NCBI GenBank assembly: GCA_036518955.1
Contig: DATDMG010000234.1
Coordinates: forward strand, 12,767 to 76,766
Direction of reading: 5' to 3'
Source of the DNA: Kineosporiaceae bacterium
GTDB taxonomy: Bacteria > Actinomycetota > Actinomycetes > Actinomycetales > Kineosporiaceae
DNA length: 64,000 bases
Below, one piece after another: positions 36,433-47,995 of this stretch. The notes under the pieces are model-generated. The model searched no databases. It was not told the origin of the DNA and saw only the letters and a list, made by a program, of their open reading frames with translations. The position numbers were made by a program, and so were the translations under genes. Position 1 is the first letter of the stretch; every line of letters starts with the position of its first letter.

Positions 36433-39111
36433 TCAGCGCCCGGCGGTGACGCGCTCGCCGACCACGAACTCGACCCGGCCGAGGGCGTCGGCGAGCTTGT
36501 CGACGTCCGACCCGCCACCCTGTGCGACGTCAGGCTTGCCGCCGCCACCACCGCCGAGGACGGTGGCCGCCTGCCCGGCCAGATCACCTGCGGCGACGCC
36601 CCAACGACGACCCTCGTCGTTGACCGCGACGACGACGACCGGCCGGCCCTTGGCAACACCACCGACGGCGACGACCGCGGGACGATCGGCCCCCAGCCGC
36701 CCACGCACGTCGAGGGCGAGCGCCCGCAGGTCGTCGGCGCCCGCCTCCCCCGCGTCATGGGTCACCACGGCGACACCGAAGACGTCCTTCGGCGCTTGGG
36801 CAAGGGTGCCCGCCACCGCCAGCACCTGGCCGGCGCGGAACTTCTCGATCTCCTTCTGCGCGTCGCGCAGTTGCGTGACCAGGGCCGCCACCCGGTCCGG
36901 GAGCTCCTCCGGGCGTACCTTGAGCGCATCGGTGAGCTGGGAGACGAGTACGTGCTCGCGCGACGAGAAGGCGTAGGCGTCCGCGCCGACGAGCGCCTCC
37001 ACCCGACGGACCCCGGACCCGATGGACCCCTCCCCGAGCAGCTTCACCAGGCCGAGTTGGCCGGAGCGGCGGGCGTGGGTGCCGCCACACAGCTCGCGGG
37101 CCCAGTCACCGACCGAGATCACCCGGACCCGGTCACCGTACTTCTCCCCGAACAACGCCATCGCCCCGGCCGCCCGGGCCTGCTCCTGCGTCATGATCTC
37201 GGCATGGACCTCGAGGTCCTCGGCGAGCAGCAGGTTGACCCGGGACTCGATGTCGCGCAGCGCTGACGGCGGGATCGCCGACGCCGCGTTGAAGTCGAAC
37301 CGGAACCGGCCGGGCGCGTTCTCCGAGCCGGCCTGGGTCGCGGTCTCGCCGAGCGCCTCCCGGATGGCCTTGTGCACCATGTGCGTGGCGGTGTGCGACC
37401 GGCTGATCGCCTTCCGCCGCTCGATGTCGACCAGGGCCTGCGCGCCCGCGCCGGCCCGGACCTCGCCGGAGACCACCCGCGCCCGGTGGACGATCAGCCC
37501 GCTGATCGGCGACTGGACGTCGTCCACCTCGATCACCGCGCCGTCGAGCACGATGCTGCCGGCATCGGCGAGCTGGCCGCCGCCTTCCGCGTAGAACGGG
37601 GTGCGGTCCAGCACGACCTCGACCGCCTCGCCCGCGGCCACCGCCTCGACCGGCTCGCCGCCGACCAGCAGCCCGGCGACGGTGCCCTCGCTGACCACCT
37701 CGTCGTACCCGGTGAACTCGACCGGTCGGCCGAGCCCGTCCGCGACCGTCCGGTACCCCGCGGTCCCCGCGTGCCCGGTCTTCTTCGCCGCGGCGTCGGC
37801 CTTCGCCCGGCCGCGCTGCTCGGCCATCAGCCGGCGGAACTCACCCTCGTCGACGGCCAGGCCTTGCTCGGCCGCCATCTCCAGGGTCAGGTCGATCGGA
37901 AAGCCGTAGGTGTCGTGCAGCTGGAACGCCTGCGCCCCCGCCAGCACCCTGCTGCCCGCCGTCTTCGCCTCGCGCACCGCGACGTCCAGAATGGTCGTCC
38001 CGGCGGCAAGGGTGCGCCGGAACGCCTCCTCCTCCGCCGCCACGATCTGGCCGATCCGGCCGAAGCCGTGCTCCAGTTCCGGGTACGACGCCCTCATCCG
38101 GTCCTTGGACACCGTGACGAGGTCGAGCAGGACCGGGTCCTCGACGCCGAGCAGTCGCACCGACCGGACGACGCGGCGCAGGATCCGGCGCAGCACGTAC
38201 CCCCGGGCCTCGTTGGACGGCGTCACGCCGTCGCCGATCAGCATCAGCCCGGAGCGGACGTGGTCGGCGACGACCCGCATCCGGACGTCGTCGTCGCGGT
38301 CGGCGCCGTAGCGCTTGCCGGACAGCTCCTCGACCCGGCGGATGACGGGGAACACCTCGTCGATCTCGTACATGTTGTTGACACCCTGCAACAGGTACGC
38401 GACGCGCTCCAGGCCCATGCCGGTGTCGATGTTCTTGCTCGGCAGGTCGCCGCGGACGTCGAAGTCCTCCTTGCCCCGGACGGCGGACAGCTCCGACTGC
38501 ATGAAGACCAGGTTCCAGATCTCCAGGAACCGGTCCTCGTCGACGACCGGGCCGCCGTCCCTGCCGTGTTCCGGACCGCGGTCGACATAGATCTCGCTGC
38601 ACGGCCCGCCGGGACCGGGCACACCCATGTGCCAGTAGTTGTCCTTCAACCCCCGGCGCTGGATCCGCTCCTCCGGCAGGCCGGCGACCCTGCGCCAGAG
38701 GTCGAACGCCTCCTGGTCGTCCCGGTAGACCGTCACCCAGATCCGGTTCGGGTCGAACCCGAGGAACCCGTCCGACGGTGACCCGGTGACCAGCTCCCAG
38801 GCGAGCGCGATCGCGCCCTCCTTGAAGTAGTCCCCGAAGCTGAAGTTGCCGTTCATCTGGAAGAACGTGCCGTGCCGGGTGGTCTTGCCGACCTCCTCGA
38901 TGTCGAGGGTGCGCACGCACTTCTGCACGCTCGTCGCCCGCCGGAACGGTGGCGACTCCTGGCCGAGGAAGTACGGCTTGAAGGGCACCATGCCGGCGTT
39001 GACGAACAGCAGCGTGGGGTCGTCGTACAGCAACGGCGCGCTGGGGACGACGGTGTGCCCGCGGCTCTCGAAGAACGTGAGCCAACGGCGACGGATCTCG
39101 GCCGTCTCCAT
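36433..39111 (-). CDS. alaS: Alanine--tRNA ligase
   Basis: [50 protein letters not shown], editing-domain HTATHMVH, and C-terminal [14 protein letters not shown]. Confidence 0.97.
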   Translation of the reverse strand: METAEIRRRWLTFFESRGHTVVPSAPLLYDDPTLLFVNAGMVPFKPYFLGQESPPFRRATSVQKCVRTLDIEEVGKTTRHGTFFQMNGNFSFGDYFKEGAIALAWELVTGSPSDGFLGFDPNRIWVTVYRDDQEAFDLWRRVAGLPEERIQRRGLKDNYWHMGVPGPGGPCSEIYVDRGPEHGRDGGPVVDEDRFLEIWNLVFMQSELSAVRGKEDFDVRGDLPSKNIDTGMGLERVAYLLQGVNNMYEIDEVFPVIRRVEELSGKRYGADRDDDVRMRVVADHVRSGLMLIGDGVTPSNEARGYVLRRILRRVVRSVRLLGVEDPVLLDLVTVSKDRMRASYPELEHGFGRIGQIVAAEEEAFRRTLAAGTTILDVAVREAKTAGSRVLAGAQAFQLHDTYGFPIDLTLEMAAEQGLAVDEGEFRRLMAEQRGRAKADAAAKKTGHAGTAGYRTVADGLGRPVEFTGYDEVVSEGTVAGLLVGGEPVEAVAAGEAVEVVLDRTPFYAEGGGQLADAGSIVLDGAVIEVDDVQSPISGLIVHRARVVSGEVRAGAGAQALVDIERRKAISRSHTATHMVHKAIREALGETATQAGSENAPGRFRFDFNAASAIPPSALRDIESRVNLLLAEDLEVHAEIMTQEQARAAGAMALFGEKYGDRVRVISVGDWARELCGGTHARRSGQLGLVKLLGEGSIGSGVRRVEALVGADAYAFSSREHVLVSQLTDALKVRPEELPDRVAALVTQLRDAQKEIEKFRAGQVLAVAGTLAQAPKDVFGVAVVTHDAGEAGADDLRALALDVRGRLGADRPAVVAVGGVAKGRPVVVVAVNDEGRRWGVAAGDLAGQAATVLGGGGGGKPDVAQGGGSDVDKLADALGRVEFVVGERVTAGR

Positions 39112-39216
39112 GCGTGATGTCCTTCCCTCTCGCAGCGACCCGGCAGGGTCCGGTCCGGACCTGGAGCCCGGGACGTCGACGTCACGGGCCGCCGAAGCAG
39201 TGTCACGAGCAGTGTC

Positions 39217-39495
39217 TCAGGCCGGGGGCCGCGGACCCGTCGGCTTTTCGAGCAGCTCGCGCGCCGTGTCGGGATCGAGCTCCCCGGCGTCGACGCCGAG
39301 GGCCAGGCGCAGCTCCTGCTCGCGCTCCGCCATGCCCTCCCGGACGGCGTCCGCCACGTCGCGCAGGGCGTCCGCCAGGGAGGACAGCGAGCGGCCGACC
39401 CCCTCCGGGGTGTAGGCCTCCGCGATCTTGTTGATCTTCCGGACGATCAGCACGCCCGCTGTGGCGCCGAGCGCCACCCAGAACACCCGCCGCAC
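39217..39495 (-). CDS. Small conserved membrane-anchored hypothetical protein
   Basis: MRRVFWVALGATAGVLIVRKINKIAEAYTPEG... has one N-terminal TM followed by an acidic helical tail. GTG start lies 1 nt after the upstream stop. High GC3. Confidence 0.7.
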   Translation of the reverse strand: MRRVFWVALGATAGVLIVRKINKIAEAYTPEGVGRSLSSLADALRDVADAVREGMAEREQELRLALGVDAGELDPDTARELLEKPTGPRPPA

Positions 39496-39496
39496 G

Positions 39497-39892
39497 TCAG
39501 CCCCTCCTGCCCGAGCGCCGACCCGACGCCTTCCGCCCGCTCGTCGCCTTCCGCCCGCTCATCGCCTGCCGCACCCCGTAGCTGAACGCGGCCACCTTCA
39601 CCACCGGCGAGCCGAGGGTCGCGGCGAACAGGGTGGTCAGCGCCGAGACGTTCGTCGAGACCTGGGCGACGTTCGTCGTGATCGAGTCCACCTTCACCAG
39701 TTGCGCGTTCGTCGTCGACACGGTCGTGGTCACCTCGGTGAGCAGCGGGACGGTGCCCTCGGAGATGTCCCGGACGGTGTTGCGCGTCTCGTCGAAGACC
39801 CGGCCGAGCTTGATCAACGGCACGCCGATGAACCCCACGAGCACGCAGAACGCGACGGCGAAGATGAGCCCGACAACGTCCCCTGCCGACAT
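39497..39892 (-). CDS. DUF948-like membrane protein
   Basis: MSAGDVVGLIFAVAFCVLVGFIGVPLIKLGRVFDETRNTVRDISEGTVPLL is followed by Thr/Val-rich helical repeats, the DUF948-type architecture as I recall it. Basic tail SGRKATSGRKASGRRSGRRG. Confidence 0.75.
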   Translation of the reverse strand: MSAGDVVGLIFAVAFCVLVGFIGVPLIKLGRVFDETRNTVRDISEGTVPLLTEVTTTVSTTNAQLVKVDSITTNVAQVSTNVSALTTLFAATLGSPVVKVAAFSYGVRQAMSGRKATSGRKASGRRSGRRG

Positions 39893-39952
39893 GCGCCCGA
39901 TACCTCCCCTGACGTGCCGACGCGGCCGTCCGGCACTTGACGAGATGTGACC

Positions 39953-41434
39953 TTATCGCGCGCCGGGGTCCGGATTCAGCGCGACGTCACCCCGCTGCCC
40001 CGGCGTCCGGCCCCGACGAAGGATCTCGCGCAGCCGGGTCAGCCGGGTACCCAGGTCGCGCTCGAACCCACGGTCGGTGGGCTGGTAGTAGACACGACCG
40101 TCGACGCCGTCCGGCGCGTACTGCTGGGCGACGACACCGCGCGGGTCGTCGTGCGCGTACCGATACCCCTGGGCGTGGCCGAGCCGCTTCGCCCCGGCGT
40201 AGTGGCCGTCGCGCAGGTGCGGCGGCACCATCCCGCCCAGCCCGGCCCGGATATCCGCCGTCGCCGCGTTGATGGCGAGGTAGGACGCGTTCGACTTCGG
40301 TGCCAGGGCGAGGTGGACGACGGCCTGCCCGAGGATGATCCGGGCCTCCGGCATCCCGACGAGCGCCACCGCCTGGGCGGCGGCCACCGCCGTCTGCAAC
40401 GCCGTGGGATCGGCCATCCCGACGTCCTCACTGGCTGCGATCATGATGCGCCGGGCCACGAACCGGGGGTCCTCACCCGCCTCCAGCATGCGCGCCAGGT
40501 AGTGCAGCGCGGCGTCGACGTCCGAACCGCGCATCGACTTGATGAACGCGCTCGCCACGTCGTAGTGCTGGTCACCGACCCGGTCGTAGCGGACGGCCGC
40601 CCGGTCGACCGCCTGCTCCGTGCTGGCGAGGGTGACCGGGACGGGTGCGGCGTCGCCACCGGCCGCCGGCGGGGTGGCGGCACCGGTCGCCGCCAGCGCG
40701 GCGCCTGCGGCGGCCTCCAGCGCGGTGAGGGCCGCGCGGGCGTCCCCGCCGGCCATCCGCACCAGGTGCTCGTGCGCCGCCGGCTCCAGCCGCACCGTGC
40801 CGCCGAGGCCGCGCGGATCGGCGACCGCCCGGTCGAGCAGCCCGCCGATCGCCTCGTCGCCCAGTGGCCGCAGGGTGAGCAGCAGCGACCGGGACAGCAG
40901 CGGTGACACGACCGAGAACGACGGGTTCTCCGTCGTCGCCGCGATCAGCACGACCCAACGGTTCTCCACCCCGGGCAGCAGGGCGTCCTGCTGCGCCTTG
41001 CTGAACCGGTGGATCTCGTCGAGGAACAGCACCGTCTCCCGGCCGTGGCGGTCGCGCGCGTCCCGGGCCTCCTCCATCACCCGGCGCACGTCCTTGACCC
41101 CGGCGGTGACCGCGGACAGCTCCACGAAACGCCGCCCGCCGGCCCGGGACACCACGTGCGCCAGGGTCGTCTTTCCGGTCCCCGGTGGGCCCCAGAGGAT
41201 CACGGACGACGGACCGACGCGGCCGCCGGACCCCTCGGCGAGGCGGCGCAGCGGGGAACCGGGAGCCAACAGATGCTGCTGGCCGACGAACTCGCCGACG
41301 GTCCGCGGCCGCATCCGGACGGCGAGCGGCACCCCGTGGCCGGCCACGGCGTCCGCCGGCCGGGGTGCGGGCGCATCGGGCATCCCGACCACGTCGCCGG
41401 GAGCGGTGGAGAACAGGTCGCTCACAGCCGCCAC
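39953..41434 (-). CDS. rarA: Replication-associated recombination protein A (RarA/MgsA AAA+ ATPase)
   Basis: [32 protein letters not shown], and the C-terminal MgsA helical domain [16 protein letters not shown]. Confidence 0.94.
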   Translation of the reverse strand: MAAVSDLFSTAPGDVVGMPDAPAPRPADAVAGHGVPLAVRMRPRTVGEFVGQQHLLAPGSPLRRLAEGSGGRVGPSSVILWGPPGTGKTTLAHVVSRAGGRRFVELSAVTAGVKDVRRVMEEARDARDRHGRETVLFLDEIHRFSKAQQDALLPGVENRWVVLIAATTENPSFSVVSPLLSRSLLLTLRPLGDEAIGGLLDRAVADPRGLGGTVRLEPAAHEHLVRMAGGDARAALTALEAAAGAALAATGAATPPAAGGDAAPVPVTLASTEQAVDRAAVRYDRVGDQHYDVASAFIKSMRGSDVDAALHYLARMLEAGEDPRFVARRIMIAASEDVGMADPTALQTAVAAAQAVALVGMPEARIILGQAVVHLALAPKSNASYLAINAATADIRAGLGGMVPPHLRDGHYAGAKRLGHAQGYRYAHDDPRGVVAQQYAPDGVDGRVYYQPTDRGFERDLGTRLTRLREILRRGRTPGQRGDVALNPDPGAR

Positions 41435-41542
41435 GGTATCCGCGTGCTGCCGGGAGTGGCGCCGGACGTCACGCGCCCGACCCGCTGCCGGACGTGCCTC
41501 CTCGAGGTCCGCGTCGGCGCGGCTGACGGACCTCCGACCGCG

Positions 41543-43312
<1,770 letters not shown>

Positions 43313-43387
43313 TGGTGGTCCTCTCTCTGGCGGATCGCGGGGCGCGGCGGCCGTCACCGCCGTCCCGAGCGATCCTACGCGGAGCGG

Positions 43388-44383
43388 TCACCAACGGTCG
43401 TGCACGTGCTCCCGGATGCGCTCGTCGTAGATCGTGCGGACGCCCTCCAGGATGTCCGGCGACAGCGGCGGCAGGTCGGCCGCCGCCGCATTGCCCCGTG
43501 CCTGCGCCGCGTTCCGGGCGCCGGGGATGACGACGCTGACCCCGGGCTGGTCGATGACCCACCGCAGCGCCAGGGCCGCCGTCGACACGCCCTCGGGCGC
43601 CAGCGCCGCCAGCTCCCGCGCCGCCGCCACGCCCACGTCGTACGGCACGCCGGAGAAGGTCTCCCCCACGTCGAACGCCTCGCCGTGCCGGTTGTAGGTG
43701 CGGTGGTCGTCCGGTGCGAAGGTCGTCGTCCCGTCGTAGCGGCCGGCGAGCAGGCCGCTGGCGAGCGGCACCCGGGCGATGATCCCGACGCCGGCCGCCT
43801 GCGCCGCGGGGAGCACCCGCTCCAGCGGCTTGAGCCGGAACGCGTTGAGGATGATCTGCACCGAGGCCACGTTCGGCCGGGCGATCGCGGCCAGCGCCTC
43901 CTCGCAGGTCTCCACCGACACCCCGTAGGCGGCCAGCGCGCCCGCGGCCACCAGGTCGTCGAGCGCGTCGAAGACCTCGTCGCGGCGGAACACCGAGGTC
44001 GGCGGGCAGTGCAGCTGGACGAGGTCGAGCCGCTCGGTGTTCAGGTTCGCCCGGCTGCGGTCCGTCCACGCGCGCAGGTTCTCGGGCGTGAACGCCTCGG
44101 GCACCTGCGGGTTCGCCCGGCGCCCGCACTTCGTCGCCACCGTGGCCCCGGTGCCGGGACGCTCCGCGAGGAACCGGGCGATCAGCCGCTCACTGCGCCC
44201 GTCGCCGTACACGTCCGCGGTGTCCAGGAACGTGACGCCCGCGTCGACGGCGGCGTGCAGGACGGCGAGCGCGTCGGCGTCGTCCACGTGCCCCCAGTCG
44301 GCGCCGAGCTGCCAGCAGCCCAGCCCGACGACGCCGAGCTGCCGGCCGGTCCGGCCCAGGGTGCGAGTCTCCACGACGCTCAC
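43388..44383 (-). CDS. Aldo/keto reductase family oxidoreductase
   Basis: LGRTGRQLGVVGLGCWQLG and FLDTADVYGDGRSE. Length 331 aa. Confidence 0.9.
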   Translation of the reverse strand: MSVVETRTLGRTGRQLGVVGLGCWQLGADWGHVDDADALAVLHAAVDAGVTFLDTADVYGDGRSERLIARFLAERPGTGATVATKCGRRANPQVPEAFTPENLRAWTDRSRANLNTERLDLVQLHCPPTSVFRRDEVFDALDDLVAAGALAAYGVSVETCEEALAAIARPNVASVQIILNAFRLKPLERVLPAAQAAGVGIIARVPLASGLLAGRYDGTTTFAPDDHRTYNRHGEAFDVGETFSGVPYDVGVAAARELAALAPEGVSTAALALRWVIDQPGVSVVIPGARNAAQARGNAAAADLPPLSPDILEGVRTIYDERIREHVHDRW

Positions 44384-44681
44384 CCTAGACCTCCGGCTGC
44401 CGGGACCGGACTCAGGTCCCGCGGCGGGTGACCCGATAGGGGTGAGGACGACGCCCGCGGGACGCGCCCGCGGGCCGGTGGGCCGTGCCGCAGCACGGCC
44501 CGGAGCGCAGAGGACAGGTGCGGTGGACGGTCCAGGAACGGTCGACGCCCTCCCAGTGGACTGGTCCGGTCACCTGCCGGGCGACGTCCCCGTCCCCGCT
44601 GCCCGGCCGGCGTCGGACGACGGGACGCCGGACGCACCCTCGACGAGCACCGGCCGGCAGCAGGCACCGGCCGGGATCGCG

Positions 44682-44831
44682 ATGGCCCGCGCCCGGCTCC
44701 GCGCGGTGACACCGCTCGACGTCGTCGGCTTCGTCGCCGCCTGCCCGTCCTGTGGCCGTGACAGCGAGTGGACCCAGGAGCGCCAGGACACCCGCGTCCG
44801 CAGCACGATCCGGTGCGCCTGCCTCCCCTGA
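44682..44831 (+). CDS. Candidate small Cys-rich (zinc-ribbon-like) protein. Start uncertain; the frame stays open with high GC3 back to GTG 44442.
   Basis: MARARLRAVTPLDVVGFVAACPSCGRDSEWTQERQDTRVRSTIRCACLP. By eye, third-codon positions in this frame are almost all G/C across about 130 codons. No family recognised. Confidence 0.3.
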   Translation: MARARLRAVTPLDVVGFVAACPSCGRDSEWTQERQDTRVRSTIRCACLP

Positions 44832-44845
44832 GGCCACGCCCTCCA

Positions 44846-46192
44846 TCAGCCGGCGACCACCCGCGGGAACCGGTCCTCGACGGGCGGTTGCCAGTTCTCC
44901 GGGTCGGCGGCCACCTGCTCCCCGGACCGGATGTCCTTCACCTCGTGGCCGACCACCCGGCCGGCGTCCGAGTGCACGAACCAGACGTAGGGGATCCCGC
45001 GCCGGTCCGCGTGCCGGATCTGTCTGCCGAACTTCGCCGCGGACGGCGCCACCTCCACCGGGATCCCTCGCGCGCGCAGCGCGGCGGCGACGGCGGCGCT
45101 GGCGGACCGGGAGTCCTCGGAGGCCACCGCGACGAGCACCGCGGACGGCACGGCACGGCTCGCGCGCAGCACCCCCCGGGAGAGCAGCGGCGCGAGCGCC
45201 CGGGTCACCCCGAACGAGATGCCGACCCCCGGGTAGGTGGTGGACCCGTCGCTCGCCAACGAGTCGTAGCGGCCCCCGGAGCACACCGAACCGAGGTGCT
45301 CGAACCCTTCCATCCGGGTCTCGTAGACGGTTCCGGTGTAGTAGTCCAGGCCGCGCGCGACGCGCAGGTCGGCGGTGACGGCGAACCGGTCGCCACGCAG
45401 CCCGGACACCCCCTCGACGACCTGGACGAGCTCCTGCACCCCTTCGTCGAGCAGGTCGTCCCGGACGCCGAGCGCCAGCACCCGGTCGGCGAACGAGGCG
45501 TCCTGGGCGCTGATCGCGGCCAGCGCCAGGCAGCGGGCCGCCTGGACGTCGTCCAGTTTCGCCTCGGTGATGAGGAGTTCACGGACGGCGTCCGGTGGCA
45601 GCTTGTCGATCTTGTCGACCACGCGCATCACCGCCGCCACGTCAGGCGCCGCGATCCCGCGGTAGAACCCCTCGATGAGCTTGCGGTTGTTCACCTGCAG
45701 ACGCAGCCGCGGCAGCGGCAGGGACCGCACGGCCTCCGCCATCACCTGGGCCACCTCGACGTCGTGGTGGAACGGCAGGTCACCGGACCCGACGACGTCC
45801 ACGTCCGCCTGGCAGAACTCGCGGTAGCGACCTTCCTGGGGCCGCTCACCGCGCCACACCTTCTGGATCTGGTAGCGGCGGAACGGGAAGCTCAGCTTCC
45901 CGGAGTTCTCCAGCACGTACCGCGCGAACGGCACGGTGAGGTCGAAGTGCAGCCCGAGCTGCCGCCCGGCGTCCTCGTCGCCCTCGGCGTGCAGCCGACG
46001 CAGGACGTAGACCTCCTTGTCGATCTCACCCTTGCGCAGCAGCTCCTCCAGCGGCTCGGCGGCCCGGGTCTCGACCGAGACGAAGCCCCAGAGCTCGAAC
46101 GTGCGCCGGAACGTGTCCACCACGTGCTGCTCCACGATGCGGCCCTCGGGCAGCCACTCCGGGAACCCCGACAGCGGGGCTGGTCGTGCCAT
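44846..46192 (-). CDS. hisS: Histidine--tRNA ligase
   Basis: Trimmed to ATG 46192 with a [44 protein letters not shown] and CSGGRYDSL. Confidence 0.94.
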   Translation of the reverse strand: MARPAPLSGFPEWLPEGRIVEQHVVDTFRRTFELWGFVSVETRAAEPLEELLRKGEIDKEVYVLRRLHAEGDEDAGRQLGLHFDLTVPFARYVLENSGKLSFPFRRYQIQKVWRGERPQEGRYREFCQADVDVVGSGDLPFHHDVEVAQVMAEAVRSLPLPRLRLQVNNRKLIEGFYRGIAAPDVAAVMRVVDKIDKLPPDAVRELLITEAKLDDVQAARCLALAAISAQDASFADRVLALGVRDDLLDEGVQELVQVVEGVSGLRGDRFAVTADLRVARGLDYYTGTVYETRMEGFEHLGSVCSGGRYDSLASDGSTTYPGVGISFGVTRALAPLLSRGVLRASRAVPSAVLVAVASEDSRSASAAVAAALRARGIPVEVAPSAAKFGRQIRHADRRGIPYVWFVHSDAGRVVGHEVKDIRSGEQVAADPENWQPPVEDRFPRVVAG

Positions 46193-46285
46193 CTCGTCCT
46201 CTTCCTCCGGCTCGTCTGCGGTGCTCCTGCTCTCCGGGGTGCCGCGCACCACCGGGCCGCCACGGGGCGGCGACGGCGAACGGCT

Positions 46286-46984
46286 TCAGCCGGTACGGCG
46301 CGCCCGCGCGAGGAACGGGTTCGTCGCGCGCTCCCGCCCCACCGTCGTCACCGGCCCGTGCCCCGGCAGCACGAGGGTGTCGTCGGGCAAGGTCAGCACC
46401 TTCTCGCTCAGCGACCGCATCATCGCGGCACCGTCACCGCCGGGCAGGTCCGTGCGCCCGACGCTGCCCGCGAAGAGCACGTCACCGCTGAGCACGGTGG
46501 AGCTCGCCGACGCGCCGTCCGGGGCTCCGGGCAGCGCGAACATCACCGACCCCTCGGTGTGCCCCGGCGCGTGCACCACCCGGACGGCGAGCCCGGCGAC
46601 CTGGAGCTCCTGATCGTCGCCGACCAGCCGGACGTCGTCCGGCTCCCGCCAGGTCGCGGACCTGCCGAACTCCCGCTCCAGGACGGCGATCAGGCCGCCG
46701 TCCAGCGAGGCGATGGGATCGGCGAGCCGGTAGCGGTCGTCCGCATGGACGTAGGCGGCCACCCCGTGCGCGCCGCACACCGGGGTCACCGAATAGGTGT
46801 GGTCCAGGTGACCGTGGGTCAGCAGGACGGCGGCCGGCCGCAACCGGTGCTCGGCGAGGACCTCCGCGAGCGGCTCGACGACCTCGATCCCGGGGTCGAC
46901 GACCAGGCACTCCTGCCCCGGTGCGGTGGCGACGACGAAGCAGTTCGTGCCGAAGACGGCGGAGGGAAAGCCGGTGACGAACAC
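46286..46984 (-). CDS. MBL-fold metallo-hydrolase (glyoxalase II-like)
   Basis: LLTHGHLDHT (HxHxDH) and HAPGHTEGS. Syntenic with the mycobacterial gene between hisS and ppiB. Confidence 0.9.
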   Translation of the reverse strand: MFVTGFPSAVFGTNCFVVATAPGQECLVVDPGIEVVEPLAEVLAEHRLRPAAVLLTHGHLDHTYSVTPVCGAHGVAAYVHADDRYRLADPIASLDGGLIAVLEREFGRSATWREPDDVRLVGDDQELQVAGLAVRVVHAPGHTEGSVMFALPGAPDGASASSTVLSGDVLFAGSVGRTDLPGGDGAAMMRSLSEKVLTLPDDTLVLPGHGPVTTVGRERATNPFLARARRTG

Positions 46985-47075
46985 CGTGCGAGACTACCGA
47001 CTCGCACCCGCCGGTGGTCACCGGCGTCCACCTAGACTGACCCGAGACCGGGGCCAGACCGAGGAGGGGCAGCAC

Positions 47076-47951
47076 GTGTCGCCCATCAGCCGTGAACGCG
47101 AGTACCAACGGCGCCGCTACCAGAAGTGGCAGACCAAGCTCGCCGAGAAACAGGCTCGGCAGCGGCGCCAGCGCCGCCGGGTGCTGATCGCCGGGTCCGC
47201 CGTCGCCGTCGTCCTGGTCGTTTCCGGCACGGTGCTGTGGGTGACCGGCAGGGGCAGCGACGAGAAGGCGTCCACGGCCCTGTCGTCGGCCTCCCCGTCG
47301 ACCTCCGGGTCCGGGTCGGCATCCGCCTCGGCACCGGGTGCGTCGGGGTCACCGGCCGCCACGGCGGGCCCCAACCCCTGCCCACGGCCGACGGTCACGC
47401 CGCCGGCGAAGCCGCAGTCGTTCGGCGCAGCCCCCGACGCGTCGCTGGCCCAGGGCAAGACCTGGACCTGGACGATCAAGACGACCTGCGGCGACCTGGT
47501 CGCGACCCTCGACGGCACCAAGGCGCCGAAGGCGGTCGCGAACGCCATCTTCCTGTCCGGGAAGCAGTTCTGGGACGGCTCCCCGTGCCACCGGCTCTCC
47601 ACGACCGGTGGCCTGCTGATGCTCCAGTGCGGCGATCCGACCGGTAGCGGGACCGGCGGCCCCGGCTACAGCTTCGGCCCGATCGAGAACGCACCGCAGA
47701 GCGGCGGCTACACCCGCGGGATGATCGCGATGGCGAACACGGGCCAGCCGAACAGCCAGGGCAGTCAGTTCTTCGTCGTCTTCGGTACCTCGAACCTTCC
47801 GCCGAGCTACACGGTGTTCGGCACGGTCACCAAGGGTCTGGACGTGATCGACAAGGTGGCGGCCGGCGGCATTTCCGCCGAGGGCGCCGCAGGTGGTGGC
47901 CCTCCGAACCGTCCCATCTCTATCGTCAGCACTAGTGTGACTCCGGGCTGA
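47076..47951 (+). CDS. ppiB: Membrane-anchored cyclophilin-type peptidyl-prolyl cis-trans isomerase
   Basis: Trimmed to GTG 47076 with a GAGGAGGGG SD. N-terminal TM followed by a Ser/Ala linker. Cyclophilin core CHRLSTTGGLLMLQCGDPTGSGTGGPGYSF...MANTGQPNSQGSQFFVVF. Confidence 0.9.
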   Translation: MSPISREREYQRRRYQKWQTKLAEKQARQRRQRRRVLIAGSAVAVVLVVSGTVLWVTGRGSDEKASTALSSASPSTSGSGSASASAPGASGSPAATAGPNPCPRPTVTPPAKPQSFGAAPDASLAQGKTWTWTIKTTCGDLVATLDGTKAPKAVANAIFLSGKQFWDGSPCHRLSTTGGLLMLQCGDPTGSGTGGPGYSFGPIENAPQSGGYTRGMIAMANTGQPNSQGSQFFVVFGTSNLPPSYTVFGTVTKGLDVIDKVAAGGISAEGAAGGGPPNRPISIVSTSVTPG

Positions 47952-47995
47952 CCGACCCTGTCCGGGCCTGGCCGGCACCGAGACGACGAGCAAGG

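Noticed and set aside
44412-45284. 290-aa minus-strand ORF, and the 110-aa and 78-aa minus ORFs in the AKR-hisS spacer
   Set aside because: The first overlaps hisS out of frame. All three translate to Arg/Pro/Gly-rich strings without protein-like features. The plus-strand frame is the only one with a plausible peptide.
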